Shown one piece after another: positions 1-10,301 of a stretch of 32,000 nucleotides of DNA (positions within the stretch are counted from its first letter, which is position 1; each line of letters opens with the position of its first letter). Origin of the DNA: Wolbachia endosymbiont of Cimex lectularius (lineage in GTDB: Bacteria; Pseudomonadota; Alphaproteobacteria; Rickettsiales; Anaplasmataceae). Both the position numbers and the translations under genes were made by a program. The notes beneath the pieces were generated by a model, which had not been told where the DNA came from, did not search any database, and was given only the letters and a program-made list of their open reading frames with translations. The stretch spans positions 1,170,001-1,202,000 of the forward strand of contig NZ_AP013028.1 of assembly GCF_000829315.1 (NCBI RefSeq). Direction: 5' to 3'.

Positions 1-47
1 ATCTATGCTTACTTTACCTCACATTTCCAAGATTTTAAACAGGTTCT
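1..47 (-). mobile_element. Terminal fragment of an IS5-like element, cut by the window edge
   Basis: Window 1..50 is the exact reverse complement of 17272..17321, the left end of the IS copy at 17275..18137, and ends with the terminal repeat aagattttaaacaggttc(t). Confidence 0.9.
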
Positions 48-440
48 TATAATGATACTAAAGCTATTTGTTTATCTTCGCAATCTGTGCAGGTTAAAGA
101 CAAAAAACTTAGGGTATTTGGCGTCTCATGTTTAAATTTTTGCACTATGTGCACCTCACGTCTTTTTAAAACTTCTGGTTTTTACCTATACAAGCTGAAA
201 CGCGCTTATAAGTCGTTTAAGACAGTATAGAACGTCAAATAGACAAGGGAGAATTTGAATACTAGCTGCCCTAGAGTTTTTTTGCCTTTTTTTCCGCTCA
301 GTAAAATTCTTAACGTTTACAGTTTTGGTTAGTTGCATTTAAAAGTAGCTGAATCGTAGCGCTGAGAATAAAAACGCCGATATTTGAGGTACATATAAAT
401 AATTAGCCACCAACGGGGCTTCTTTTGCTTTTTTCTCCAT
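48..440 (+). repeat. Dispersed repeat family, copy A (5' end truncated by IS insertion)
   Basis: 121 bp (123..243) are identical to 8245..8365. The landmarks tataatgatact, tgcactatgtgca, cgcttataagtcgtttaagac and the T-rich tracts are shared with copies B and E. Confidence 0.85.
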
Positions 441-503
441 TTGGTAAGTTTCTTAAATATTAAAGCAATTCATGAACGAACATTTATTTTTACAACAAGT
501 GGT

Positions 504-532
504 GTCATTCCAGCGTCACGCGCTGGAATGAC
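504..532. repeat. Palindromic intergenic repeat (gtcattccagcg-tcacg-cgctggaatgac)
   Basis: Perfect 12-bp inverted repeat with a 5-nt loop; the core recurs at 20207..20229 and in variant form near 8660 and 20080. Confidence 0.85.
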
Positions 533-695
533 AAAAAAAGGAGGCGCTGGGATGACAAGAAAAGGAGCTACTTACATGACACCACTTTTGCTTCAATGTT
601 TACCACGCCCCTTATATGTTAAGAACAAGCAATTTTCTCATAGTAACAGTAGAGGCAATTTTATATGGTTCTTTATGTTGATTATATAATAAAGA

Positions 696-1187
696 TCATC
701 CTTCGCAAAAAGCGGGAAGGAAGGCTAAAAGACAGCTAACCATAACATTGGAAAGACATCTAGCTGGTAGGCCTCTCAATAAATCAATTATTTCCTTATT
801 CTTAGCAAAAGAAAGCGGTTTTTTACCATTATTATCTTTTATGTTAGTTTTAGCTTCTGCTTCGAGAAGAAGTTCAACCATATCAGTGTTATTGAAACAA
901 GTAGCATAGTGCAATACAGTTCTCCCCAGATTGTCTTGGGCATCAATGTCTGCTCCTGCTCTGAGAAGAAGTTCAACCATATCAGTATCATTGAAATAAG
1001 CAGCATAATGTAAAGCAGTTCTTTTCATATCATCTTTGGCATTAATGTCTGTATGCTTGCCCATTAGACGCTCATGGCCTACTGGTCCAACTTCATTATT
1101 ACGGTACTCCTTTAAAATTTTATATAAATCATAACCTCTGGTACCATTTAGCATAATTTTACCTCCATATACACTAACGATTGACAA
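696..1187 (-). CDS. Ankyrin repeat protein
   Basis: Two adjacent ~33-aa repeats, TALHYAAYFNDTDMVELLLRAGADIDAQD and TVLHYATCFNNTDMVELLLEAEAKTNIKD, plus a partial third. Confidence 0.85.
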   Translation of the reverse strand: MSIVSVYGGKIMLNGTRGYDLYKILKEYRNNEVGPVGHERLMGKHTDINAKDDMKRTALHYAAYFNDTDMVELLLRAGADIDAQDNLGRTVLHYATCFNNTDMVELLLEAEAKTNIKDNNGKKPLSFAKNKEIIDLLRGLPARCLSNVMVSCLLAFLPAFCEG

Positions 1188-1249
1188 GTATTTTTATAAA
1201 GCTCAACATATTGCATTTATAGAAGAGTTGCAAGATATCTTTTAAGCAT

Positions 1250-3700
1250 TTATTTTTTATTCTTAATTAACTCTAAAGCTTTTTTCAAATCTATACTTTC
1301 AATGTCTGCATTTTTGCCTAAGGCAACATTTGTTTTACCGCATTTTATATAGAATCCATACTTACCGTTGCAGATGAAAACTTCTTTTCCCTTGTCATTA
1401 AAACCGAGGGATTTTAGCTCTTTACGTGGGCTTTTTGCAATAATTTGCACAGCTTCATCCAATTGCGTGTCCAATACCTCCTTGGAGCTCTTCTTAAGAG
1501 AAAAGTATCTACCATCATAGAAAATATAGTACCCAAATCTTCCAAGGCCTATTTTTACTTCCTTCCCGGTTTCTGGGTGTTCTCCGATTACTTTTGGCAA
1601 GGAAAGTAACTGAATAGCGGTATTCAGATCAATATCATTAACATTTATATCTTTTGGTATGGAAACCGTTTTTTTCTTTTTCGACTCGTTATTGAATTCC
1701 AGGTAAAGCCCAAAAGGGCCTTTTTTGATCATCACCTCTTGCCCTGTCACATCGTCTATACCCAAACTTTTTGGGTATTCTGAGTTGTCATTACTACCTG
1801 TAATTTCTTTTGTATGGCTGCATGCAGGGTAGTTAGAACATCCAAGAAATACTCCCGCTCTTCCAAAATTCAATTTCAATATACCATCAGAACAATCAGG
1901 ACATTTTTTGCCTATTTCTTCCTTTCCTTCTTCTGAACAAAACCAATCGACTACCAAGCTGTAAATGCCGCTAAAAATCTCATCATGCGTCATTTGCTTG
2001 ACAGAGTTTACATGATTAAAAAATGGTACCCAAAAATAGCCTAGCTCTTTTTTCCAATCTGCACGTCCATTTGAGATTAAATCAAGCTTTTCTTCCATTT
2101 GTGCTGTGAAATTATACTCTATACAACGCTGAAAAAAGGTTTCTAGAAATATGGTAACGATCTTACCGCGGCTGCTTGGAATAAATCTTTTATTATCCAG
2201 TGTAACGTACTCACGGTCTTGCAATACTGAAATAATTGCTGCATAAGTTGATGGACGGCCTATACCAATTTCCTCCATTTTTTTAACAATGCTTGCTTCA
2301 CTATAACGTGGTGGCGGTTGAGTAAAATGCTGTTTTGGATCAACAGAAATCAATTTGCACGCTTCACCTTCTTTCATGGCAGGTAGCATGCCCTCATCTT
2401 CATCATCTGCGTTATCTCTATAAACTTTATAGAACCCATCAAAAAATATGCTCGACCCACTTGCTCGTAGAATTACCTTCTGATCAGTAGAACTAATTTC
2501 AACCACCACTTGATCGAGGATAGCCGATTCCATCTGACTTGCGATGGTTCTTTTCCAAATCAGATCATACAATTTAAATTGTTCTGGCGTTAAATAGTCT
2601 TTGATACTACCTGGCGTTCTATTTATATCAGTTGGACGAATTGCTTCATGCGCTTCCTGAGCGTTTTTGATCTTTTTTACATATTGACGAGGAGACTTGG
2701 GTAAATATTTATCGCCATATAACGACTTAATTGACTCTCTGATTGAGTTTATAGCCTCATCTGCAATATAAAACCCATCTGTACGCATGTAAGTTATCAA
2801 CCCGACAGTTTCACCACCAATATCGATACCTTCATATAGGTTTTGCGCTATGCGCATAACATTTTTCACATTAAAGTAAAGCTTATTCACTGCATCTTGT
2901 TGAAGACTTGAAGTAATAAATGGAGGAAGCGGGTTTCTCTTAACTTGCTTGCGTTCTACTGTGCTTACAGCATATTGCCTTGACTCAATCTCCCCAACTA
3001 AGTTCTTTGCTTCCTCTTCATTCTTAATATCAAATTTTTCTAGCTTTTTATTGTCATAGTGGCTGAGCATAGCAAAGAACGTTTCGTCTTTGCTGTTTTG
3101 CATCTCTGCCTTTATGCTCCAATACTCCTGTGTTATAAATTTACTAATTTCATCTTCCCGCTCGCATATGAGCTTGAGTGCAACAGATTGCACCCGTCCT
3201 GCAGATTTGCTTCCTGACAACTTCGTCCATAAAAGTGGCGACAAATTAAATCCAACCAGGTAATCTAAAGCTCTGCGTGCTTGTTGCGCACGCACTAAGT
3301 CCATGTTTATTTCGCGTGGATTCTTTATCGCTTCTTGCACTGCCCTTTTTGTTATCTCATTAAAGACTACTCTATAAATGTGACTTTTATCATTGATTGC
3401 TTTTCTTTCCTTTAGTGCCTCTACTACATTCCAAGCTATTGCTTCTCCTTCTCTATCTGGATCTGTTGCAAGGTATATGTCTGATGTTTTACTTGCTTCC
3501 TTTGCCAGCTCTTTCACATACTTCTCTGCTTTTTTAATAATCTCATACTTTATGGCAAAATCATTATCTGGATCAACAGAACCGTTTTTTACTGGCAGAT
3601 CTCTCACATGTCCAAAAGATGCAGCTACCTTGAACTCTTTACTTAGATACTTACCTATCGTTTTTGCCTTCGCAGGCGACTCAACTATCAATAAAGCCAT
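1250..3700 (-). CDS. topA: DNA topoisomerase I
   Basis: N-terminus MALLIVESPAKAKTI, Toprim DREGEA, YMRTDG active site, and C-terminal zinc-ribbon/topo repeats. Confidence 0.98.
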   Translation of the reverse strand: MALLIVESPAKAKTIGKYLSKEFKVAASFGHVRDLPVKNGSVDPDNDFAIKYEIIKKAEKYVKELAKEASKTSDIYLATDPDREGEAIAWNVVEALKERKAINDKSHIYRVVFNEITKRAVQEAIKNPREINMDLVRAQQARRALDYLVGFNLSPLLWTKLSGSKSAGRVQSVALKLICEREDEISKFITQEYWSIKAEMQNSKDETFFAMLSHYDNKKLEKFDIKNEEEAKNLVGEIESRQYAVSTVERKQVKRNPLPPFITSSLQQDAVNKLYFNVKNVMRIAQNLYEGIDIGGETVGLITYMRTDGFYIADEAINSIRESIKSLYGDKYLPKSPRQYVKKIKNAQEAHEAIRPTDINRTPGSIKDYLTPEQFKLYDLIWKRTIASQMESAILDQVVVEISSTDQKVILRASGSSIFFDGFYKVYRDNADDEDEGMLPAMKEGEACKLISVDPKQHFTQPPPRYSEASIVKKMEEIGIGRPSTYAAIISVLQDREYVTLDNKRFIPSSRGKIVTIFLETFFQRCIEYNFTAQMEEKLDLISNGRADWKKELGYFWVPFFNHVNSVKQMTHDEIFSGIYSLVVDWFCSEEGKEEIGKKCPDCSDGILKLNFGRAGVFLGCSNYPACSHTKEITGSNDNSEYPKSLGIDDVTGQEVMIKKGPFGLYLEFNNESKKKKTVSIPKDINVNDIDLNTAIQLLSLPKVIGEHPETGKEVKIGLGRFGYYIFYDGRYFSLKKSSKEVLDTQLDEAVQIIAKSPRKELKSLGFNDKGKEVFICNGKYGFYIKCGKTNVALGKNADIESIDLKKALELIKNKK

Positions 3701-3952
3701 AATTATTAGTATTTAAAGATAATATGTTGAGGAATATATAATGAAATGTAAAAAAATATTTTAATGGGTCCTGTGAATTTTACAAAGTGGGTTGTTGAAG
3801 GTCTTTAGGAAACACTTTACATTAACTATTCCAACTATTATCGGTTAATGTCAAATTTTGCAATGATACAACATCCGATGCTCCCTTTCTTGTTATCCAA
3901 GTAGTTAAAACTGGAATAACATCATGCGTTCGAGGTAAAACAGGTCCTCTGG

Positions 3953-5758
3953 CTATACATCATCAAGCATAGCGTGATTAACTTCAACCTTATACTTTGA
4001 TTCTAGATAGCTAATTAATTGCTCTTTTAGCAATATCATCACGCGTTTTCCAGTATCAAATGTGTTTAATCTGCCACTTGATGAATACATCTCTTTTAGA
4101 ACGCCTATTATAACTTCATTATTATATTGAATAGGGTCTGTCACCGAGTCAGTTGTCTTCATATTAAAAATCTCTTCTATAAAAGAAAAAGGATAATTTT
4201 GTCGGTCTGCTTCATTGCGGTGTATCTGCTGATCTTTAATTAATTCTACACCTTGAGTTTTCTCCAAATCTGTTTTCTCTTTTAGTTGAGCTGCAATTTC
4301 TTGCCCAATCTTAAACATTTGTTCTTTTATAAACCCATCACGCCAAAGGTCTTCTACTGATGCTTTGCCTTCTTCAAAACTTTGCAGTTTAGGCGGGATA
4401 ATATCGGTGATCTTTACACTGACAACGGCATCTTCAATGCCTTTAAAATAACTTCTCTGGTCTTTTTCTCGAGAAAAGATAAAAGAAATCAAATCATTAG
4501 AACTTTCTACACTATTACCACTTTGATCCTTTCCGCCCGCATCTACCGTACCAATGGCTTGTATAGGTAAATTGTATTCACTGGATATTTCCTCAATCGT
4601 TGCGCCATTGTATATCTTATAATTTGCTTGATTTATGAAATCGTTGACTTTTTCAAAAGACTTTCGGTTAATTAAAACTGATTTCACGTCCTTTTTTAAA
4701 TCAGCTAAGTTTTCGCTAGAAATTTGATGCGCACTTTCCACTTTTATTATATGCCAACCAAAACTGCTTACTAAAACTTCACTTACTTCGCCTACCTTGA
4801 GAGCAAATACCTTTTCTCCCATACCCTCTGGTAGAAAATCCTTGGTTATATTATTCATCCTGGCTTCCTCAAGTTTTGTTTTACCAAACTCTTCCGCTAT
4901 CTGCTCAAAGCTTATTTTGCCCTCTTCAAATGTTTTTCTTGCCGCTTCGGCTTCCTCTTTAGAATGAAATATTAGGTTGAATATATCTCTTTGATCCTTA
5001 AGTTTCTGTTGTTCTATTATATCATCAACCTCTTCATCTGAGATCTGAACTTGATCTTCAAAATATTTTTGGCCTAAAGAAATATACTGTGCAGCTCGAT
5101 ATTCAGGATAATAAAAATGGGATTTATTTTTTTCATATAAGTCAAGTAAAGTTTGATTATCTGGCTTGGGAACATTTGTAACTGCATCTTTAGTTATTTT
5201 AACAATATCAACTACTCTGGTTTGGTGGCGATTTCTGTATATCTGCTCATCAATTTTCTCGCCAAAAGTCACTGGATAATTATCTCTAAACAGTGAAGTT
5301 ACAAACATCATTGCAGGCAGAATTTTCTCTAGCTTTGCTGTATATTCTCCTTCTGTCATATGCAGGGCGTTTAGCGTCTCATGAAATTTCCCTTTGTCAA
5401 ACTCACCTTCATCGTTTTGAAAGTATTTAGTATTTTTAATATGGTCCTTTATAGACTCTTCTCCAATTACCAACCCCAGATCACTCATCAGGTTAAACAA
5501 TAGTTTTTGCTCTATGAGTGCATTAAGTAAATCGTATTTTAGTCTTTTTACTTGTTCTTCACTAACATTGGATCCAAAAATTTGCTTTCCGTAATTTTGA
5601 TATAGCGATTTATACTCATCTAGTGTTATAACTTCCTTTCCAACTCTAGCTAACTCCTCCTTTTTATTGTCATCTGATAGAAGGTTGCCAACTCCCATAA
5701 AGATTAATAAACAAACTAAAATGACAACGATTACTTTAGTGGACAAGTTTTTATTCAT
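3953..5758 (-). CDS. SurA_N/PpiD-like peptidyl-prolyl cis-trans isomerase (membrane-anchored periplasmic chaperone)
   Basis: Single N-terminal TM segment (VIVVILVCLLIFMGVGNLL), SurA_N-like region, and parvulin-like segment AEEFGKTKLEEA...FGWHIIKVE. Confidence 0.85.
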   Translation of the reverse strand: MNKNLSTKVIVVILVCLLIFMGVGNLLSDDNKKEELARVGKEVITLDEYKSLYQNYGKQIFGSNVSEEQVKRLKYDLLNALIEQKLLFNLMSDLGLVIGEESIKDHIKNTKYFQNDEGEFDKGKFHETLNALHMTEGEYTAKLEKILPAMMFVTSLFRDNYPVTFGEKIDEQIYRNRHQTRVVDIVKITKDAVTNVPKPDNQTLLDLYEKNKSHFYYPEYRAAQYISLGQKYFEDQVQISDEEVDDIIEQQKLKDQRDIFNLIFHSKEEAEAARKTFEEGKISFEQIAEEFGKTKLEEARMNNITKDFLPEGMGEKVFALKVGEVSEVLVSSFGWHIIKVESAHQISSENLADLKKDVKSVLINRKSFEKVNDFINQANYKIYNGATIEEISSEYNLPIQAIGTVDAGGKDQSGNSVESSNDLISFIFSREKDQRSYFKGIEDAVVSVKITDIIPPKLQSFEEGKASVEDLWRDGFIKEQMFKIGQEIAAQLKEKTDLEKTQGVELIKDQQIHRNEADRQNYPFSFIEEIFNMKTTDSVTDPIQYNNEVIIGVLKEMYSSSGRLNTFDTGKRVMILLKEQLISYLESKYKVEVNHAMLDDV

Positions 5759-5873
5759 AAACGCAAAAGTTGATTATTGGTTAATTATAGAATAGTGATA
5801 ATTTAGTTCTTGTAAACCTGTTGATTATAGTATCAACTTGTGTCTGCAGAGAGTTTTCAGATTATTAGATAGT

Positions 5874-6833
5874 CTAATCTCCTTGACTGAAAAAGCTGAC
5901 TATATTTTCTTTTACTTCCATGCTGTCTGTCATGTTATTTACTCTCACACGAAATTCAGATGAGTTTTTAAACCCGCTGCTATACCAGCCTATGTGTTTG
6001 CGGGCCATTTTTATCCCCGTGTCGTTTCCGTAATACTCAAGAATACTATCGTAATGTTCAAGTATGATGTTTAATCTCTCTGAAGCTGTTGGCTCAGAAA
6101 TTTCACCTCCACTTAGAAAGTTCATTGCTTGATTAATCAACCAGGGTTTGCCATAAGCGCCACGACCTATCATCACTCCGTCTGCTCCGGATTCTTTGAG
6201 CGCATTTTGAATGTCATTCAAATTTTTAATGTCACCATTTACTATCACTGGAATTTTTACTTGCTCTTTGACATTCCTAACGAATTTCCAATCTGCTTGA
6301 CCGTTATAAAGCTGTGCTCTTGTTCTTCCGTGCACAGTGATCATTTTTGCACCTAAATCCTCTGCGATTTTCGCTAAACGTGGAGCGTTGCGATTTTCGT
6401 CGTTCCATCCAGTGCGCATTTTCACCGTAACTGGCACATTAACTGCCTTGACTACAGCTTCAATTATTTCGGCAGCCTTTTTTTCATCGCGCATTATCGC
6501 TGATCCTGCATAACCGTTTACAACTTTTTTGACTGGGCAACCAAAGTTTATATCTATGATTTTTGCGCCCATATCCTCGTTTAATTTTGCAGCCTCTGCC
6601 ATAACGTCGGGTTTGCACCCAGCGAGTTGTACAGCGGTTAACTCATCAACTTTTGCTTCTTGCATACTCTGGCGAGTTTGCAAAATCATAGCTCTGCTTG
6701 CGATCATTTCTGAGACTAACAAACTTGCACCAAGTTTTTTTACAATACTTCTGAATGGATAATCAGTCACTCCAGACATTGGCGCTAAGATTACCGGAGG
6801 ATCGATCGTTAGATTTCCTATTTGAAGGGGCAT
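5874..6833 (-). CDS. dusB: tRNA-dihydrouridine synthase B; the ORF opens at 6893 but the likely start is 6833
   Basis: [50 protein letters not shown] and [13 protein letters not shown] motifs. Starting at MPLQIGNL removes the overlap with the upstream ORF. Confidence 0.95.
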   Translation of the reverse strand: MPLQIGNLTIDPPVILAPMSGVTDYPFRSIVKKLGASLLVSEMIASRAMILQTRQSMQEAKVDELTAVQLAGCKPDVMAEAAKLNEDMGAKIIDINFGCPVKKVVNGYAGSAIMRDEKKAAEIIEAVVKAVNVPVTVKMRTGWNDENRNAPRLAKIAEDLGAKMITVHGRTRAQLYNGQADWKFVRNVKEQVKIPVIVNGDIKNLNDIQNALKESGADGVMIGRGAYGKPWLINQAMNFLSGGEISEPTASERLNIILEHYDSILEYYGNDTGIKMARKHIGWYSSGFKNSSEFRVRVNNMTDSMEVKENIVSFFSQGD

Positions 6834-6840
6834 AAGTTTA

Positions 6841-7992
6841 CTAGTTACTTGGTCCAAGTGCATTCGCGCACTTTTTGACAAGACCGCAAACAATCGATCT
6901 TGGTTTCTCTAAAACAGACGAAGCTACCTCGGCTTTCTCGTAATGATCAGGCTTTAAATATATTGTTTCGCGTTCTCTGTTGCCCCATAACTCATCATTC
7001 TGCTGATAACCCTCATTTATCATTTCTGGATTTGGCTTAAACACTGTGTGTACATCATTACCATTATTTTTATAATGAACGTCAATTTCAATATCAGCCA
7101 ACGAAGCTAAAATAGGGATTTCTTCTATGAAAACATAGTAACTTTGACTTCTGATTGCTTCTAGGTAGGATTTGTAAATCAGTTTACTGTTGAGAAGAGA
7201 ATTTGCTGCACTCTCACTATTATAATTTTTGTCATATCTTTTTGCACTGAAAAAATTGCTGACAGCTAGCTCTTTGAGGTTGCTCTTAACTTCATTTTCA
7301 GGCAAATCCATACGAAGTAATTTTCTTATCAACTTTTCAACCTTTCTTTTAACTTTCTTTATTTTCTTATTTGTGTGTTCAGCCAACTTTTTTATTTTGT
7401 CAGACTTGCCAGTTAAATCTTCTGGTTTATTTAAGAACATGTTGAAAACTTTTCCTAGCTGAGCTTTTAAAGAAGTTGGCATACTTGCGTCATCCAAAGA
7501 TGTGAATTGACTTAAAAATTTGTGCCATTCCAGTCTCATCTCTTGTGCTTTTTCAGCCTTATATTGACCAGAGCTATTATCACCGAACACTGCATAGAAA
7601 AAGCAATTACCATTTCCTGCAGTATTGTATGTTTTAACTTGTGTTTTTTTAGTTTGCTCGCTTTCTGATGACTTGATACCACTATCCCCATCTGGAGTTT
7701 TTTGCTTTTCTTGATCTGTTTTCTTTCCTTTGAAATGATCCCTAACCAAGCAAAACAAAGGCTCAATAGCCACTTTGTATATAACTGTAAGAACTACTCC
7801 CATTACAGCCCAAACCACAGGACGAGAGATTAGCATAGTAAGTGGAAAGGTCAGTAGAGGAGATCCTACTATCAACCATAAACAGCCAATGGTAAATGTA
7901 GCCGCCAGATGTATACCAAAAGCGTGAATAGCAAACCTTCCACCATCTTTGAGTTTAGTAAGGTAAGTATCCTTTTCTGTAGTACCTAACAT
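6841..7992 (-). CDS. Membrane-anchored OTU-like cysteine protease (candidate deubiquitinase)
   Basis: Two predicted N-terminal TM segments, OTU Cys box [16 protein letters not shown], and a C-terminal His motif [11 protein letters not shown]. Confidence 0.8.
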   Translation of the reverse strand: MLGTTEKDTYLTKLKDGGRFAIHAFGIHLAATFTIGCLWLIVGSPLLTFPLTMLISRPVVWAVMGVVLTVIYKVAIEPLFCLVRDHFKGKKTDQEKQKTPDGDSGIKSSESEQTKKTQVKTYNTAGNGNCFFYAVFGDNSSGQYKAEKAQEMRLEWHKFLSQFTSLDDASMPTSLKAQLGKVFNMFLNKPEDLTGKSDKIKKLAEHTNKKIKKVKRKVEKLIRKLLRMDLPENEVKSNLKELAVSNFFSAKRYDKNYNSESAANSLLNSKLIYKSYLEAIRSQSYYVFIEEIPILASLADIEIDVHYKNNGNDVHTVFKPNPEMINEGYQQNDELWGNRERETIYLKPDHYEKAEVASSVLEKPRSIVCGLVKKCANALGPSN

Positions 7993-8146
7993 GTTATATC
8001 CATGAATGCCAAGTTAACTAGATTTTAGCAAATTTTGGGGGTAAAGTCAATTATGATGATCTTATACCAATTTCCACTACACAGAAGGCGGATGGACAAC
8101 AGTGGAAAAAGTTATAACGTCATCCAATAGAAACAAAAAAAACTAC

Positions 8147-8175
8147 TTGACAAATTCCTCCAACCCCATTATAAT
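8147..8175 (+). promoter_or_regulatory. Consensus sigma70-like promoter at the head of repeat copy B
   Basis: TTGACA (8147..8152), 17-nt spacer, TATAAT (8170..8175). Confidence 0.75.
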
Positions 8176-8582
8176 GATACTGAAGCTATTCATTTAACTT
8201 CACAATCTGCAGATTAAAACGACAAAGGAAACTTTGTATTTGGTGTCTCATGTTTAAATTTTTGCACTATGTGCACCTCACGTCTTTTTAAAACTTCTGG
8301 TTTTTACCTATACAAGCTGAAACGCGCTTATAAGTCGTTTAAGACAGTATAGAACGTCAAATAGAACAAGAGAGAATTTGAATACTAGCTGCTCTGGGTT
8401 TCTTTTGCCTTTTTTTTCTGCTTAGTAAATTTCTTAGCACTTAAGTTAAGGGCCTGTTACAGTTTAAAAGTCGCTAAATTGCAGCGTTTAAGACCTTAAA
8501 AAACGCCAATACTGAAAATAAATATTGATCAGGGCTTTTTTTGCTTTTTTTTCACTTGGTAAATTTCTTAATATTTATTGCT
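8147..8582 (+). repeat. Dispersed repeat family, copy B (full length)
   Basis: Shares a 121-bp identical core with copy A and similar 5' promoter-like and 3' T-rich segments with copy E. Confidence 0.85.
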
Positions 8583-8988
8583 AGAATAGTATCCTAGGTT
8601 CCAGTGTCAGCTACTTGGATGACAGAAGGGGGCACTTGGATGTACCCACAGACCTGTCATTCCAGCGCGTGACGCTGGGATCCAGGAAAGTTTGCTTGGC
8701 TTACAAGCAAACTAATTTTATGAGCATAGAAAGTAGCTAATCTTAATTTAAAACACAATATTTTAGTTATTATGGAAAGACTGGATCCCAGTGTCGAAGC
8801 ATTGGGATGACAAGGAAGGGGCTACTGGAATGACAGGGGGAGGGGTGCTGGAATGACACCATTGTTGACTGGCAAAACGGTATCTCTAATTTATCCTATT
8901 ACCATAGCAGTTATTAATGGCGTGTGCAAAAATATTGAGTATTAAAAGCTTTTAAAGTACAGTAACAATGTTAGTAATAGCACAATGT

Positions 8989-10266
8989 ATGCATGATATA
9001 GAGTATATACGCAAAAACCCTGAGGAGTTCGGGAAAGCGATGAAAAGTAGGGGAATTAAAAATTTTACTGTGGAAGAAATATTGGAAATCGATCATGAGA
9101 AAAGGTTATTAACCACTAAACTGCAAGATTTGAATAGGAAGCGCAATGAAATCACAGAAGAGATAAAGAAGCTCAAAATGAGCAAGAGCCCCTGTGAAAA
9201 TGAGGTAGAAGCGTCAAAAAACGTAATAAATGAGATAGAAGCAATCAGCTTAAAAGAGCAAACGGAGAAAGATAACTTAATGAATATCTTATCTAACTTA
9301 CCAAATATCCCTGCACAAAACGTGCCAATAGGTGAAGATGAGAGCTCCAACGTAGAAGTTAGAAAATGTGGAGAGAGAAGAAAATTTGATTTTGTGCCAA
9401 AGTCTCATTATGAGCTCGGAGAAGGGTTGGATTCGATGGATTTTGAGCAAGCAGCAAAAATCTCCGGGTCAAGATTTGCAGTATTGAAAGGACGGTTAGC
9501 TAAGCTTGGACGAGCATTAGTAAATTTTATGCTTGAAATGCATGTTAATGAATTTGGCTATACTGAAATATATCATCCGGCTTTGGTAAAGAATGAAGCG
9601 ATGTATAATGTTGGTCAGCTACCGAAATTTTCTGATGATTCATATTTAACTACCGACGAATTGAGATTGATTCCCACAGGTGAAGTGGTTTTAACAAATT
9701 TGGTTGCTGATAAAATAATAGAAGAAAAAGAACTGCCAGTTCGTTTTACTGCGTATTCGGAGTGTTTTCGTAAGGAGGCCGGCAGCGCAGGACGAGATAC
9801 GAGAGGCATGGTAAGGCAACATCAATTTTGTAAAGTGGAATTGGTGAGTATCACAACCGAAAACCAATCAAATGATGAACTTGAGCGCATGACAAGTGTT
9901 GCTGAAGAGATATTAAAACAGTTGGAGTTGCCATATAGGGTGATGCTGCTATGCAGTGGTGATATGGGCTTCGCCGCGCAGAAGACTTATGACATAGAGG
10001 TGTGGTTACCTGAGCAAAATAAATATAGAGAGATATCAAGTTGCTCAAATTGCGGTGCATTTCAGGCAAGAAGAATGAACACTAAATACTTTTTAGAGGC
10101 TGACAAGAAGGTGAAAAAATATGTTCACACTTTAAACGGCTCGGCTTTAGCTATAGGAAGAACGATTATTGCCATAATGGAGAATTATCAGAATCCTGAC
10201 GGGTCGATTACAATACCAAACGTGTTGCAAAAATATATGAGTAATGATACTGTTATAAGCAAATAA
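8989..10266 (+). CDS. serS: Seryl-tRNA synthetase (ORF opens at 8968; likely start at the [11 protein letters not shown])
   Basis: Typical N-terminus [14 protein letters not shown], long coiled coil, class II motifs ([21 protein letters not shown]; [20 protein letters not shown]). Confidence 0.97.
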   Translation: MHDIEYIRKNPEEFGKAMKSRGIKNFTVEEILEIDHEKRLLTTKLQDLNRKRNEITEEIKKLKMSKSPCENEVEASKNVINEIEAISLKEQTEKDNLMNILSNLPNIPAQNVPIGEDESSNVEVRKCGERRKFDFVPKSHYELGEGLDSMDFEQAAKISGSRFAVLKGRLAKLGRALVNFMLEMHVNEFGYTEIYHPALVKNEAMYNVGQLPKFSDDSYLTTDELRLIPTGEVVLTNLVADKIIEEKELPVRFTAYSECFRKEAGSAGRDTRGMVRQHQFCKVELVSITTENQSNDELERMTSVAEEILKQLELPYRVMLLCSGDMGFAAQKTYDIEVWLPEQNKYREISSCSNCGAFQARRMNTKYFLEADKKVKKYVHTLNGSALAIGRTIIAIMENYQNPDGSITIPNVLQKYMSNDTVISK

Positions 10267-10301
10267 TAGTTTTAACATACAAAAAAGCGAGGAAATTAAA
10301 G

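Noticed and set aside
441-689. 82-aa ORF with VIPASRAGMTKKGGAGMTRKG repeats
   Set aside because: It is translation of the palindromic intergenic repeat, not a credible gene.
738-1130. Near-identical tandem DNA repeats (gagaagaagttcaaccatatcag...)
   Set aside because: Explained by the ~99-bp ankyrin repeat units of the coding sequence.
7229-7462. Antisense ORFs inside the OTU gene, topA, serS, purD, guaA, proS and the polyproline gene
   Set aside because: They are shadows of long, well-supported genes on the opposite strand.
8147-8582. Interpretation of the repeat family as CRISPR or tandem array
   Set aside because: Copies are dispersed over 28 kb in both orientations, up to ~400 bp long, without spacer periodicity.
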